This document shows positions 30,849 to 40,269 of a stretch of DNA of 64,000 bases, piece by piece. The translations under genes and the position numbers were made by a program. The stretch lies in assembly GCA_964564825.1 (NCBI GenBank), contig CAZMBN010000003.1, positions 12,052 to 76,051 on the forward strand, in the 5' to 3' direction. The first letter of the stretch is position 1; each line of letters opens with the position of its first letter. Origin of the DNA: an uncultured Opitutales bacterium. Lineage in GTDB: Bacteria; Verrucomicrobiota; Verrucomicrobiia; Opitutales; Intestinicryptomonadaceae. A model generated the notes under the pieces. The model was not told the DNA's origin, did no database searches, and saw only the letters and a program-made list of their open reading frames with translations.

Positions 30849-32327
30849 ATGAATCCAGTCGTATTCAACAATACCGTTTTGCGCGACGGCCACCAATCGC
30901 TGGCCGCCACGCGTATGCCAACTTCAATGATGCTCCCGGCATGCCCTATTCTCGACAACATGGGTTTCGGACTGCTCGAAACATGGGGTGGGGCGACTAT
31001 AGATTCGGGATTGCGTTTCCTCGGCGAATTTCCCTTCGACAGGCTTGACGCCCTAAAAAAGGCATGTCCAAAAACGCGGCATATGATGCTCTTCAGGGGG
31101 CAAAACATGGTTGCGTACCAGCATTACCCCGACGACGTGGTAGAGGCTTTTGTTTATACCTCCGCAAAACACGGGATGGACGTATTTAGGATATTCGACG
31201 CCCTGAACGACGTCCGCAATATGGAGTGTTCCATTGACGCTGTGAAGAAGATCGGGAAAGAGGCGCACGGCACGATATGCTACACGAGCAGCCCCGTACA
31301 CACCGTGGAAAGCTTTGTAAAAATGGGTTGCCGACTTGAAGAAATGGGTTGCGACGGAATCGTACTAAAAGATATGGCGGGTCTCGTTCCGCCGTACATC
31401 GCCCACGAAATTATAAAGGGACTCAAGGACAACGTAAGAATTCCCGTGATTATCCACACCCACGAAACGGCGGGGATGGGAGCCCCAACCTACTACGCGG
31501 CGATAGACGCGGGCGTGGACGCGATAGACACTTCGATATCCCCCTTTGCAAACGGAACGGGGCAACCCGATACCGCGCGCATGCTGGCGATGTTGGAAAG
31601 GCATCCGCGCAAACCCGACTACGATTCCGGAAAACTCGAGGAACTTAGAAGGATATTCCAAAAAGTCTACAACGAACTCGGGTTCTACACCGCGCCTAAA
31701 AACGAAGTCATAGACACTGACGCCCTTGTTTACCAGGTCCCCGGCGGCATGCTCTCGAATTTCCGCGTACAACTCAAGGATCAAAAAATGGAGGATAAGT
31801 TCGACGAAGTTTTTGCGGAAGTTCCCCATGTACGGGAAAAACTCGGGTGGATACCGCTCGTAACCCCCACTTCCCAAATTGTAGGGACGCAGGCCATGAT
31901 GAACGTAAAATTCGGGAGGTGGAAAATGTTCACCCCGCAAGCGATGGATATAGCCCTCGGCTACTACGGCCATACTCCCGCGCCTGTCGATCCGGAGATT
32001 GTGAAACTTGCCGAGGAAAAATCGGGGAAAAACCGCATCTCGTGCCGTCCGGCGGACCTTAAAAGCCCTGGGATGGACGACCTGCACAAGCAGTTGCGCG
32101 GCAGGGGAATAAAAGACGACGACGAACATTGCGTAATATACGCCATGTTCCCGCAACAGCTGGAAGACCTCTATAAAAAACCACGTGACGCCTTCAGACT
32201 GAAACCGCCGTCCGAGAGGAAGACCGCCGAAGCTCCCCGCACTCCGGTATTCGGCGTCGACTCGGCAAAATTGCGCATAAATATCGACGGCATCGTGCAC
32301 GACGTCTCGGTGGAATCCGTAAAATAA
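30849..32327 (+). CDS. Carboxyltransferase, oxaloacetate decarboxylase alpha / transcarboxylase 5S-like, without biotinyl domain
   Basis: 492 aa. N-terminus FNNTVLRDGHQSLAATRM (pyruvate carboxyltransferase TIM barrel). No AMKM biotinylation motif anywhere in the ORF. Confidence 0.85.
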   Translation: MNPVVFNNTVLRDGHQSLAATRMPTSMMLPACPILDNMGFGLLETWGGATIDSGLRFLGEFPFDRLDALKKACPKTRHMMLFRGQNMVAYQHYPDDVVEAFVYTSAKHGMDVFRIFDALNDVRNMECSIDAVKKIGKEAHGTICYTSSPVHTVESFVKMGCRLEEMGCDGIVLKDMAGLVPPYIAHEIIKGLKDNVRIPVIIHTHETAGMGAPTYYAAIDAGVDAIDTSISPFANGTGQPDTARMLAMLERHPRKPDYDSGKLEELRRIFQKVYNELGFYTAPKNEVIDTDALVYQVPGGMLSNFRVQLKDQKMEDKFDEVFAEVPHVREKLGWIPLVTPTSQIVGTQAMMNVKFGRWKMFTPQAMDIALGYYGHTPAPVDPEIVKLAEEKSGKNRISCRPADLKSPGMDDLHKQLRGRGIKDDDEHCVIYAMFPQQLEDLYKKPRDAFRLKPPSERKTAEAPRTPVFGVDSAKLRINIDGIVHDVSVESVK

Positions 32328-32340
32328 CCTTTCAAGCCGT

Positions 32341-32367
32341 AAAATCGCGATCCAAGCCGCGTTTTTT
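32341..32367. terminator. Weak bidirectional terminator between carboxyltransferase and fabH
   Basis: AAAATCGCG-atccaagc-CGCGTTTTTT. There are only 4 GC pairs plus flanking A/T runs. Confidence 0.3.
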
Positions 32368-32391
32368 AGAGGAGGAATGCCCGACTGGGTT

Positions 32392-33399
32392 TTATTTGCT
32401 CCATTTGGCGAGGGTCGCACCCCAGGTCAACCCCGCGCCGAAGGCCACGAATAGAACATAGTCCCCTTTTTTTATCTTTCCCGAGCGCGCAGCCTCGTCT
32501 ATGGCAATCGGAATGGACGCCGAAGACGTGTTTCCGTAGTTCCCTATATTTACGTAGACCTTTTCTGGAGGAATCTTCAACCGTTTCGCAACGCTCTCAA
32601 TTATGCGCATATTCGCCTGGTGCGGTATAAAAAGAGCGAGTTTATCCGCGGGAATTCCGCATAAATCGAGAACTTCAAAGGCTTTTTCCTGCATTATTTT
32701 GACGGCGTGTTTGAAGATTTTCCGCCCGTCCATCTGGAGAAAATGGAGTCCACGTTTTACCGTTTCCTCCGAAGTAGGCATCGCCGAACCTCCAGCGGGA
32801 AGCTTCAGCATCGCCGTATCGGAACCGTCAGCGCCGAGCACCGTGCCTATGATTCCCGTATTCCCCTCGCGGCTTGCACTCAAAACAACCGCCCCCGCAC
32901 CGTCACCGAACAACACGCAGGTTGCGCGGTCCCTCCAGTCGACCATGCTGCTCATTTTTTCGGAGCTCACAACGAGCGCGTTCCTGTAAAATCCCGATTG
33001 CATCATGCGCGTTGCAACCTCCACCCCGTAGACAAACCCGGAACACGCCGCTTCAAGGTCGAAGCACGGAATATTGTTTCTTATCCCCAATTTCGACTGC
33101 AACAAGCACGCCGTCGAAGGGAAAAGCATGTCCGGGTTGACGGTGGTCACTATTACAAGATCTACGCTTGAGACGTCGAGCCCGGCGTCGTCGAGGGCTC
33201 TTTTCGAAGCCTCATACGCCATGTCCGAAGCGGCTTCGTTTTCAGCAGCTATATGCCTTGCCTTTATGCTGGTTCGCTCGAATATCCACTCGTCGGAAGT
33301 GTCGAGAAATTTTTCGAGATCGAAATTCGTGAGAACCTTTTCCGGCAGGTAACTGCCCGTCCCGCTTATTACAATGGAATTTGGTTTTTCAGGGTTCAT
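32392..33399 (-). CDS. fabH: 3-oxoacyl-ACP synthase III
   Basis: 335 aa from ATG 33399, preceded by SD GGGAGGGAAG. The track begins at GTG 33411. Active-site context FDLEAACSGFVYG, with HQAN and GNTSSAS. Confidence 0.93.
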   Translation of the reverse strand: MNPEKPNSIVISGTGSYLPEKVLTNFDLEKFLDTSDEWIFERTSIKARHIAAENEAASDMAYEASKRALDDAGLDVSSVDLVIVTTVNPDMLFPSTACLLQSKLGIRNNIPCFDLEAACSGFVYGVEVATRMMQSGFYRNALVVSSEKMSSMVDWRDRATCVLFGDGAGAVVLSASREGNTGIIGTVLGADGSDTAMLKLPAGGSAMPTSEETVKRGLHFLQMDGRKIFKHAVKIMQEKAFEVLDLCGIPADKLALFIPHQANMRIIESVAKRLKIPPEKVYVNIGNYGNTSSASIPIAIDEAARSGKIKKGDYVLFVAFGAGLTWGATLAKWSK

Positions 33400-33462
33400 C
33401 TTCCCTCCCACCGGTAAAAATATTGGCGTCCGGCAAGTTGCTCATACGACGAAGACAACGCC

Positions 33463-34551
33463 CTAGATTTCGATGCCGATGTTTCCCGACCCGGAGTTGT
33501 CCAACATCCGGGAAACGGCGCCGCTTTCCGTGCGCAACCGCTGGATATCCTCCATTATCCGTCTATTCATCTGTTTTCTCAGGCACAGTAAAGTTATGCC
33601 TATCGCTCCGGCTATCTGCCTGCGGTTGCTGGAACCGTGGGCCTTCACAACCAAACCGTTTAGACCCAAAAAAGGCGCCCCTGAAAACTTGTCCACGGGT
33701 AACCGTTTTCTCATGTCCTTCAACGCGCCCCTCGCCAGGAATATACCAAGTTTTCTTATCCACGACTTCGACAGTTCCTCTTTTACCAGCTGCTTAAAAA
33801 AGTTCGCGCTTCCCTCAAGGGATTTCAATACCACATTCCCGGTAAAACCGTCGCATACGACGACGTCGTAGTCCCCGTTGAACAAATCGAAGCCCTCAAG
33901 CAATCCGCCGTAGTTGACCACGCCGTTTTGTTCCCTAAACAGCTTGTGGGCCGATTGCACAAGATGGTTTCCTTTGCTATCCTCCGTACCGTTGCTCAAA
34001 AGCCCTGCACGGGGGTTCTTAACCCCCAAAACAACACGGGCGTAGTTTGCGCCCAATATGGCGTTGTCCACCAGGCTCTCCGGTTTCGGGTCGGGGGACG
34101 CTCCAACATCTATTAGTACGAAATTTTTCGTCTTTCCAGGTATAACGGTTCCAAGCGCGGGACGCTCTACGCCGTTTACCGGGCGCAATCTCAACGTTCC
34201 CCCCGCCATAAGCGCACCCGTATTCCCACAGCTCAACACGGCGTCGGCCGTACCGAGTTTCACAATGTCTATAGCCCGAAGCATCGACGAATCGCGTTTG
34301 CTTTTTATCGCCTGAATGGGCTTTTCGTCCATTTCTATGACTTCCTTGGCGTTGTAACTTTTTACGCGGCTGTCGTTCAATATCTTATGGCGCATCATCA
34401 AAGGAGTTGTTATCTCCTCGTTGCCCACCACTATAATCTGGTATCGACTCTTATCCTTGTAGAGCGCACGTTTTATGCCCAAGATAATCTCTTCGGGTCC
34501 GAGATCCGAACCCATTACGTCTACGGCTACTGTGGGGATCGACCTGTTCAT
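33463..34551 (-). CDS. plsX: Phosphate acyltransferase PlsX
   Basis: 362 aa. VAVDVMGSD...; classic position between rpmF and fabH. Confidence 0.93.
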   Translation of the reverse strand: MNRSIPTVAVDVMGSDLGPEEIILGIKRALYKDKSRYQIIVVGNEEITTPLMMRHKILNDSRVKSYNAKEVIEMDEKPIQAIKSKRDSSMLRAIDIVKLGTADAVLSCGNTGALMAGGTLRLRPVNGVERPALGTVIPGKTKNFVLIDVGASPDPKPESLVDNAILGANYARVVLGVKNPRAGLLSNGTEDSKGNHLVQSAHKLFREQNGVVNYGGLLEGFDLFNGDYDVVVCDGFTGNVVLKSLEGSANFFKQLVKEELSKSWIRKLGIFLARGALKDMRKRLPVDKFSGAPFLGLNGLVVKAHGSSNRRQIAGAIGITLLCLRKQMNRRIMEDIQRLRTESGAVSRMLDNSGSGNIGIEI

Positions 34552-34609
34552 CTATGCCACCCCACCGGACCTCCTCCATTTCAGCAATCTCTGAAACACA
34601 ACTCCCATA

Positions 34610-34646
34610 TAAGAAAACGCGGGTGTTATTACAAGAAATAACCCCG
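34610..34646 (-). terminator. Hairpin plus U-tract between rpmF and plsX (terminator or attenuator)
   Basis: Minus strand: GCGGG(G)TTATT-tcttgt-AATAA(CA)CCCGC followed by GTTTTCTT. That is about 10 bp with one internal loop. Confidence 0.5.
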
Positions 34647-34675
34647 CATTACAAACAAAAAACCCCGCGGTACCG

Positions 34676-34855
34676 TTAGACTTTCACGCTTATAACCTGC
34701 CTGCCGCGGTAGGTTCCGTTTGAAGGATTGACCCTGTGCGGGACAAAGAAAGTGCCGTCGGTCTTGTCTTTAAACACTTCGGGAAGCTCGTAATGATTCG
34801 CCGCGCGGCGTATGCGCGTGCGCTGCTTCGATTGTTTGCGTTTCGGTTGTCCCAT
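34676..34855 (-). CDS. rpmF: 50S ribosomal protein L32
   Basis: Not in the ORF track (59 aa, below cutoff). Hand translation from ATG 34855-34853 begins ATG GGA CAA CCG AAA CGC AAA CAA TCG = MGQPKRKQS and ends ...GRQVISVKV-TAA at 34678-34676. GGAG sits 5 nt upstream, and the promoter is at 34890-34917. Confidence 0.85.
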   Translation of the reverse strand: MGQPKRKQSKQRTRIRRAANHYELPEVFKDKTDGTFFVPHRVNPSNGTYRGRQVISVKV

Positions 34856-34889
34856 TCTGACTCCTCTCTAAAAAGAATGAAGACCGGCG

Positions 34890-34917
34890 ACTCTACAATC
34901 GGGGATGCGTATGTCAA
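34890..34917 (-). promoter_or_regulatory. Sigma70-like promoter for rpmF-plsX-fabH
   Basis: Minus strand: TTGACA (34917-34912), 16-nt spacer, TAGAGT (34895-34890), about 30 nt upstream of the rpmF ATG. Confidence 0.55.
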
Positions 34918-35048
34918 ATATTTTTTACCGGCGCGTTCCCGGACGGAGACGCTTCCGCACCGTGGGGACAACCCGCCGACGTTGTTTTTCCCAGGCTGCC
35001 GGGAAAATTGTTTTGCAATTCAATCCCAAAGACTCTTCCTTATAGGCT

Positions 35049-35690
35049 ATGAACGGCGGTCCAAAGGCGGCGATAATAGACTACGGGATGGGAAATCTCA
35101 TGAGCGTGCTCAGATCGTGGCAGTTTATTGGAGCAAAGGCGCGTCTGGTTTCCCGCACTTCGGAACTCGAAAAAGACGACCTCGTTTTAGTATTTCCCGG
35201 ACAGGGCGCAATATCCGACACCATGAAGCTGCTTAAATCCACAGGGTTCGACTCGCTTATACGCGATTGGATCGCTTCGAACAAGCCGTTCTTCGGGATA
35301 TGTATAGGGCTCCAAGCCCTGTTCGAATTCTCGGAGGAAGGTGGGGGAGTTGAAGGGTTGGGCGTATTTAGGGGGGTTGTGAGAAAGTTAGACCTCCCCG
35401 CACGGTTTAAGGTTCCGCACATGGGATGGAACAACGTCGAATTCGCATCCGACGGCCGGCTTTTAAAAGGGATATCGTCCAAGGACCAGTTTTACTTCGT
35501 CCACAGCTACTATCTCGACTGCGCACAACCCGGCATAATTTTCGGAACCACGGAATACGGAGGGCAAAAATTTACCAGCGCCGTCTCACACGGGAACCTG
35601 TTGGCCACGCAGTTCCATCCCGAAAAAAGCCAGGGGAAAGGGCTTCTCCTTTGCAGGAATTTCCTCGATACGGTAAGCACCGAGGACTAA
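35049..35690 (+). CDS. hisH: Imidazole glycerol phosphate synthase, glutaminase subunit HisH
   Basis: 213 aa. AIIDYGMGNLMSV, catalytic GICIGLQ, and ATQFHPEKS. Confidence 0.93.
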   Translation: MNGGPKAAIIDYGMGNLMSVLRSWQFIGAKARLVSRTSELEKDDLVLVFPGQGAISDTMKLLKSTGFDSLIRDWIASNKPFFGICIGLQALFEFSEEGGGVEGLGVFRGVVRKLDLPARFKVPHMGWNNVEFASDGRLLKGISSKDQFYFVHSYYLDCAQPGIIFGTTEYGGQKFTSAVSHGNLLATQFHPEKSQGKGLLLCRNFLDTVSTED

Positions 35691-35747
35691 ACGCGGTTTC
35701 CCCGCGGCGCGGCCGCCGCACGAACCACGCTATGGTCCGCGTTTTTT
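35690..35747 (+). terminator. Putative terminator after hisH
   Basis: Outer stem AACGCGG/CCGCGTT (7 bp) encloses a GC-rich insert (GCGGC-gcg-GCCGC) and runs into T6. Confidence 0.4.
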
Positions 35748-35810
35748 GATTGCACCGCACGGGCCTTGTTTTTAAATTAGCTTCCGAAAATTTCCAACAT
35801 TCCCACAAAT

Positions 35811-37193
35811 ATGACAAATCATGAAGTTGCCAAAATTACCCTCGGGAAAAACACCTTCGATTTCCCCGTAGTACGAGGCACGGAAGGGGAAAAAGCCGTC
35901 GACATTTCCTCCATGCGTTCTAAAACAGGATATATTACCATTGATGAAGGTTTTGCAAATACGGGAGCATGTCAAAGCGCCATAACCTACGTGGACGGGG
36001 AAAACGGAAAACTCCGTTATAGGGGTATCCCTATTGAAGTCCTGGCGGAAAACTCGACCTTCATCGAAACCGCCTATCTGATAATTTACGGGGAATTGCC
36101 GACGCGCAAGGAAATGAGCAATTTTTCCCAAAAGGTACTGCGCAACGCCAGTTTGCATGAGGCGATGATGCATTTCTTCGACGGAGGGTTTCCTTTTTCC
36201 TCCCCCCCAATGGCGATTCTGTCGTCGTTGCTGAACTCCGTGGGATGCTATTATCCGTACATGGTAACAAACCATCGCGAACAGGATCTGGAACATTTCG
36301 ACGACGCCGCGGCGCTTCTTTTGAGCAAGGTCCGTACCATCGCCGCCATGATTTACAGGATGAAGAACGGGTTGCCTCTCATATATCCAAAGAGGGACCT
36401 CGGATACAGCCAGAACTTCCTGCACATGATGTTCACTGAACCGTACCACGAATACTATCCGCACGACGACATCACGAAGGCCCTCGATCTTATACTGCTC
36501 CTGCACGCCGACCACGAGCAGAATTGCTCCACATCGACGGTCAGAATGGTCGCCAGTACCGGAGCGAACCTCTTCGCGTCAGTATCCGCCGGAGTTTGCG
36601 CGCTCTGGGGACCCCTACACGGGGGTGCGAACATGCAGGTAATCCAAATGCTTCAAGAAATCCACTCTACGGGAGACGACGGCACGAAATTTATCGAAAG
36701 GGCGAAAAAGGGGGAGACCAAGCTGATGGGCTTCGGCCACCGCCTCTATAAGACCTACGACCCCCGCGCCGTAATATTGCGCGGAGCCGCCGAAAAGGTC
36801 TTGAACGTCGTAAAATTGAAGGATTCGCTAATAGACATCGCGCGAAGACTGGAGGAAAAGGCCAGAAGCGACAGTTACTTTATCGACAGGAATCTCTATC
36901 CGAACGTTGATTTTTACAGCGGCATCATCCTGAAAGCCATAGGCGTGCCTTTGGACATGTTTACCGTTATGTTCGCCATAGGCAGAATGCCCGGTTGGAT
37001 AGCCCATTGGAGGGAAGTAGCATCGAGATCCAAAGGCAAAATAAGCCGCCCAAGGCAAGTTTACGTGGGACCGAAATTGCGCGATTACGTAAAAATGCGG
37101 TATAGGGAAGGGGACACTTCACCGAATTACGGTACGGATATCCGCGGATCCGGGGAAACAGGATCGTCCGGTAACTCTCCGTCAAAGGCGTGA
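35811..37193 (+). CDS. gltA: Citrate synthase (type II)
   Basis: 460 aa. [14 protein letters not shown] and [14 protein letters not shown] motifs. A ~30-aa Gly/Ser-rich C-terminal tail is present. Confidence 0.95.
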   Translation: MTNHEVAKITLGKNTFDFPVVRGTEGEKAVDISSMRSKTGYITIDEGFANTGACQSAITYVDGENGKLRYRGIPIEVLAENSTFIETAYLIIYGELPTRKEMSNFSQKVLRNASLHEAMMHFFDGGFPFSSPPMAILSSLLNSVGCYYPYMVTNHREQDLEHFDDAAALLLSKVRTIAAMIYRMKNGLPLIYPKRDLGYSQNFLHMMFTEPYHEYYPHDDITKALDLILLLHADHEQNCSTSTVRMVASTGANLFASVSAGVCALWGPLHGGANMQVIQMLQEIHSTGDDGTKFIERAKKGETKLMGFGHRLYKTYDPRAVILRGAAEKVLNVVKLKDSLIDIARRLEEKARSDSYFIDRNLYPNVDFYSGIILKAIGVPLDMFTVMFAIGRMPGWIAHWREVASRSKGKISRPRQVYVGPKLRDYVKMRYREGDTSPNYGTDIRGSGETGSSGNSPSKA

Positions 37194-37264
37194 CATTCTT
37201 TCCAAAAAAATGTAAAAACGCGCACTTCTGCACGGAAATATGAGCGCCGCAACAACCTCTGCAA

Positions 37265-38143
37265 ATGGACTGCTTTCTGATAGACGCATACAACCTGGCT
37301 TTCAGGTGTTTTTACGCCATGCCGGACTTGTCGCGTTCGGACGGCTTTCCGACGGGCGCACTGCACGCGTTTTTTGCCAGTATCCTCAAGTTGACGTCGT
37401 TGGGGACTCCCCACGCGACCGCCGTGTTTTTCGACAAAGGCGGTTCAAGCAGGCATCGCGGGATATTCCCGGAATATAAGGCGAACAGGTCGGAAGCCCC
37501 AGAGAGCTTTAGACTCCAGGTCCCGCACATAAAACATTTGTGCGAAATCTTCGGATTTTCGGTATCGGAACACGAGGGAATCGAAGCCGACGACCTCCTG
37601 GGAAGCTGCGCGGCGAGGGTGAAAGAGTCCGGAGCTTCGGCCACAATCGTCAGCGCGGACAAAGATTTTGCGCAACTCGTATCCCCGGGTATTAGACAAC
37701 TCCTACCCCCGTCCCACCGGTCCAAAGACTGGGTTGAAATGGATTCAATCGGGGTAAAAGTAAAATTCGGCGTCCCCCCATCCAAAATTCCGGACCTTCT
37801 GGCCCTTACCGGGGACAACGCCGACAACATACCGGGAGTCGCCGGAGTCGGTCTCAAAACGGCCGCAAAGTGGCTGAAAGACTACGGCGACCTTGGGAAC
37901 ATCATAAAAAGGCACTACTGGTTGAAACCGGAAAAATTTAGGGACATCATCCGCGACAGTGAGGAAATTTTACACAGGAACCTGAATCTCGTCACAATCG
38001 ACACGTCGATAGACGTGCCGCCGCCGTCACCTAACACGCCGGATTTTCCGGAAATCGCGGCGTTTCTCGAGAAAATGGAGATGAAAAAATCCCTGTCGGC
38101 ATTGAGAAATTTCGCGCACAGCCAATATCAAACGGACGTCTGA
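37265..38143 (+). CDS. Stand-alone 5'-3' exonuclease (FEN / Pol I N-terminal-domain-like)
   Basis: 292 aa. FLIDAYNLAFRCFYA, GIEADDLLG, SADKDFAQL, and H3TH LTGDNADNIPGVAGVGLKTA. Confidence 0.88.
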   Translation: MDCFLIDAYNLAFRCFYAMPDLSRSDGFPTGALHAFFASILKLTSLGTPHATAVFFDKGGSSRHRGIFPEYKANRSEAPESFRLQVPHIKHLCEIFGFSVSEHEGIEADDLLGSCAARVKESGASATIVSADKDFAQLVSPGIRQLLPPSHRSKDWVEMDSIGVKVKFGVPPSKIPDLLALTGDNADNIPGVAGVGLKTAAKWLKDYGDLGNIIKRHYWLKPEKFRDIIRDSEEILHRNLNLVTIDTSIDVPPPSPNTPDFPEIAAFLEKMEMKKSLSALRNFAHSQYQTDV

Positions 38144-38217
38144 CCGCGCCCGGCAAAATTGCAAACGAAACGGCGGAAGTCGGATTCGTCGGCGCTTTTT
38201 GTCCACCCGTCCATCAG

Positions 38218-38263
38218 GCGGTTTTGCCGGAATACTGCTTCCGGTTAAATAAAAACAAACCGC
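38218..38263. other. Nested hairpin between convergent exonuclease and Sel1 genes
   Basis: Outer stem GCGGTTT/AAACCGC (7 bp) encloses inner hairpin CCGGAA-tactgc-TTCCGG (6 bp). There is no clean 3' U-run on either strand. Confidence 0.35.
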
Positions 38264-38290
38264 GGCAAAATACAGGGGGATACAAAAACC

Positions 38291-39727
38291 TTATTTCCCC
38301 CAGATTCTGACGAGTGCCTCCCTCGCCTCCCGGTTGCCGGCTTCCGCCGCCTTCCGCATCAAACCGATTCCCCTGGGCTTATCGCGTTCAACTCCTATAC
38401 CGTTATAATAGCATGCGCCGAGGTTGCCGAGCGCCTGCGCATCCCCCTTCCCGGCGGCGAGAGTCAAATATTTTATGGCCTCTCTCATGTTTCTTACCGC
38501 GCCCACACCGTTGACGTAGCAGGTTCCCAAGTTGCTCTGTGCGCTGACGTCCCCCGCGTCCGCGGCGAGTTTTAGCCATTTTATCGCGTCGGAAGCGCTC
38601 TTGCCCGTTCCTATGCCTTCCAGATAACAGTAACCGAGATTGCTCTGGGCTTCAACATTCCCCTGAAAGGCGGCGCGCCTGTACCATTTTACAGCCTCTT
38701 CCGGATTTTTCCCGCAACCGACCCCGTTGAAATAACAATCTCCAAGATTGTTTTGCGCAATGGAATAGCCTTGAAGGGCAGATTTTTTATACAAATTAAA
38801 AGCCTCTGTATAGCTTTTATCCACACCTATGCCGTTGTGGTAGCATACTCCCAAATTGTTTTGCGCTTCGGCATCACCGCATTCCGCCGCGAGTTTGAAC
38901 CATTTTACCCCCTCTTCGGGACTTGCTATGACGCCCTTTCCTTGCAGATACGCCAGCCCCAACGCCGATTGGGACGCCGGGTAGCCGTTTCTTGCCCCGC
39001 GTTCAAAATATTGGGCGGCGGTGTAGTCGTCGACCGATCCCCCCAACCCTTGCGAATAAAACACCCCGAGGTTGTTTTGGGCAACGGCGTTGCCGTCCGC
39101 CGCCTTCTTTAGGCAGTCGAGGCATTTCTCAACGGATTTTACAACACCCTTCCCTTCGAGGTGGGCCCTAGCCAAAGATACGTACGCCCTGAGGTTTCCG
39201 GCTTTGACCGCCTCGTTGAAGAGCCTTACGGCCTCGGAAAAATCTTTTTTTACACCCTCCCCGGTATAGTAGCAAATTCCCAACGCGTTCATGGCGGAAG
39301 GCAAGCCCGCATCTGCCGCGCTTTTTATAAGCTTGACGGCCCTTTGGGCGTTTTGGGGCACGCCGCGTCCCTCAAGTATGCAAGTCGCCAACCCCAACTT
39401 GCCATAGGCATCGCCGGCAAACGCCGAGCGCGCAAACATTGTCGCGGCCATGTAAAAGTCGTGGGCGACTCCGAGTCCCTTGAAAAAACACACGCCCGTG
39501 GCGTACTGCGCGGCTGGATCGCCTAATTCCGCCTTGTTCGATACGGCGGAGAAAACGCCGCCGTCTATCTTAAGTCCAGGTATTACGTCGTAATCCATTA
39601 TGCGCGAAAACACCGGGCTGTCGGGGAAACCCGCCGCGGGTTCCGCGCCGAAGGGTGACGACATCCCACAACCCAGCATCAGCAGGGCGCGAAACAAGGC
39701 GGACGCGTTAAGTGTGATCCTGTTCAT
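38291..39727 (-). CDS. Secreted Sel1-repeat (TPR-like) protein, ~11 repeats
   Basis: 478 aa. N-terminal signal peptide (ALFRALLMLGCG). About 11 tandem ~36-aa units of the form AQxNLGxCYxxGxGVxKxxxEAxKWxxxAAxxG. Confidence 0.85.
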   Translation of the reverse strand: MNRITLNASALFRALLMLGCGMSSPFGAEPAAGFPDSPVFSRIMDYDVIPGLKIDGGVFSAVSNKAELGDPAAQYATGVCFFKGLGVAHDFYMAATMFARSAFAGDAYGKLGLATCILEGRGVPQNAQRAVKLIKSAADAGLPSAMNALGICYYTGEGVKKDFSEAVRLFNEAVKAGNLRAYVSLARAHLEGKGVVKSVEKCLDCLKKAADGNAVAQNNLGVFYSQGLGGSVDDYTAAQYFERGARNGYPASQSALGLAYLQGKGVIASPEEGVKWFKLAAECGDAEAQNNLGVCYHNGIGVDKSYTEAFNLYKKSALQGYSIAQNNLGDCYFNGVGCGKNPEEAVKWYRRAAFQGNVEAQSNLGYCYLEGIGTGKSASDAIKWLKLAADAGDVSAQSNLGTCYVNGVGAVRNMREAIKYLTLAAGKGDAQALGNLGACYYNGIGVERDKPRGIGLMRKAAEAGNREAREALVRIWGK

Positions 39728-39885
39728 CGGGCGGAGTGCATGTTACGGTACGCATCCGGAAACGCAAGGACGAACAAAAAGCGGGAAATTTTCTTCTCTC
39801 TCCCCCCCCTAGTCGACGGATAGATGTCTGCTGAGGCGGGGGCAGGCAATCCGCGCCCGACGCGTCCGTGTCCCCCATCCGTACG

Positions 39886-40269
39886 CTAATCTTCGTCCTC
39901 GGAGTCCAATACAACCGACTCCGGATCGGAGGGATTACGCTCCATATAAAAAGTAACGCTTTCGGGGACGACGCTTTTCTCGGGTGTCGCGGCAAGGTAC
40001 GCCGGGAAAGTCTTTATATGCGTATGCATGCCGTCGTCCCGAGGAATGGCGGTCACTACGGTCTTTCGAACGAAATTCCCCGTTTCGTTGGTCTCGACGG
40101 ATATCGTCATCGGAGTTTTTCCGAGTTTAAACCCGTCCACCACGACGGTCGCGCCCTCGGGGACGCTTCTCACCTTTAAAAGTCTCGTGTAAATATCCTT
40201 GTCCTCCGTCTGACACGAAACAAGCAATGCGGACAACGCAAACACTCCCGTAAAAAAAACATTCCTCAT
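39886..40269 (-). CDS. PEGA-domain lipoprotein
   Basis: 127 aa. Lipobox LLVSC, PEGA-like segment VRSVPEGATVVVDGFKLGKTPMTI, and an acidic tail SEDED. The start is 51 nt downstream of the nuoN stop. Confidence 0.7.
   Translation of the reverse strand: MRNVFFTGVFALSALLVSCQTEDKDIYTRLLKVRSVPEGATVVVDGFKLGKTPMTISVETNETGNFVRKTVVTAIPRDDGMHTHIKTFPAYLAATPEKSVVPESVTFYMERNPSDPESVVLDSEDED

Noticed and set aside
34690-34971. 93-aa minus-strand ORF covering the rpmF region.
   Set aside because: It is in a different frame from the clear L32 reading frame (MGQPKRKQS...), and its translation has no recognisable features.
38291-39727. Regular ~108-nt periodicity at the DNA level, considered as a CRISPR-like or other repeat array.
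   Set aside because: The periodicity is the coding repeat of Sel1 units in one continuous ORF. The units are diverged at the nucleotide level, with no spacer-repeat structure.
39790-39812. Polypyrimidine tract with a C8 run upstream of the Sel1 gene, considered as a phase-variable promoter element.
   Set aside because: It lies about 45 nt upstream of the best -35/-10 candidate (TTGCGT-16-TAACAT) rather than in the spacer, and a single sequence cannot show variation. It is mentioned under the Sel1 finding only as something to check in read data.
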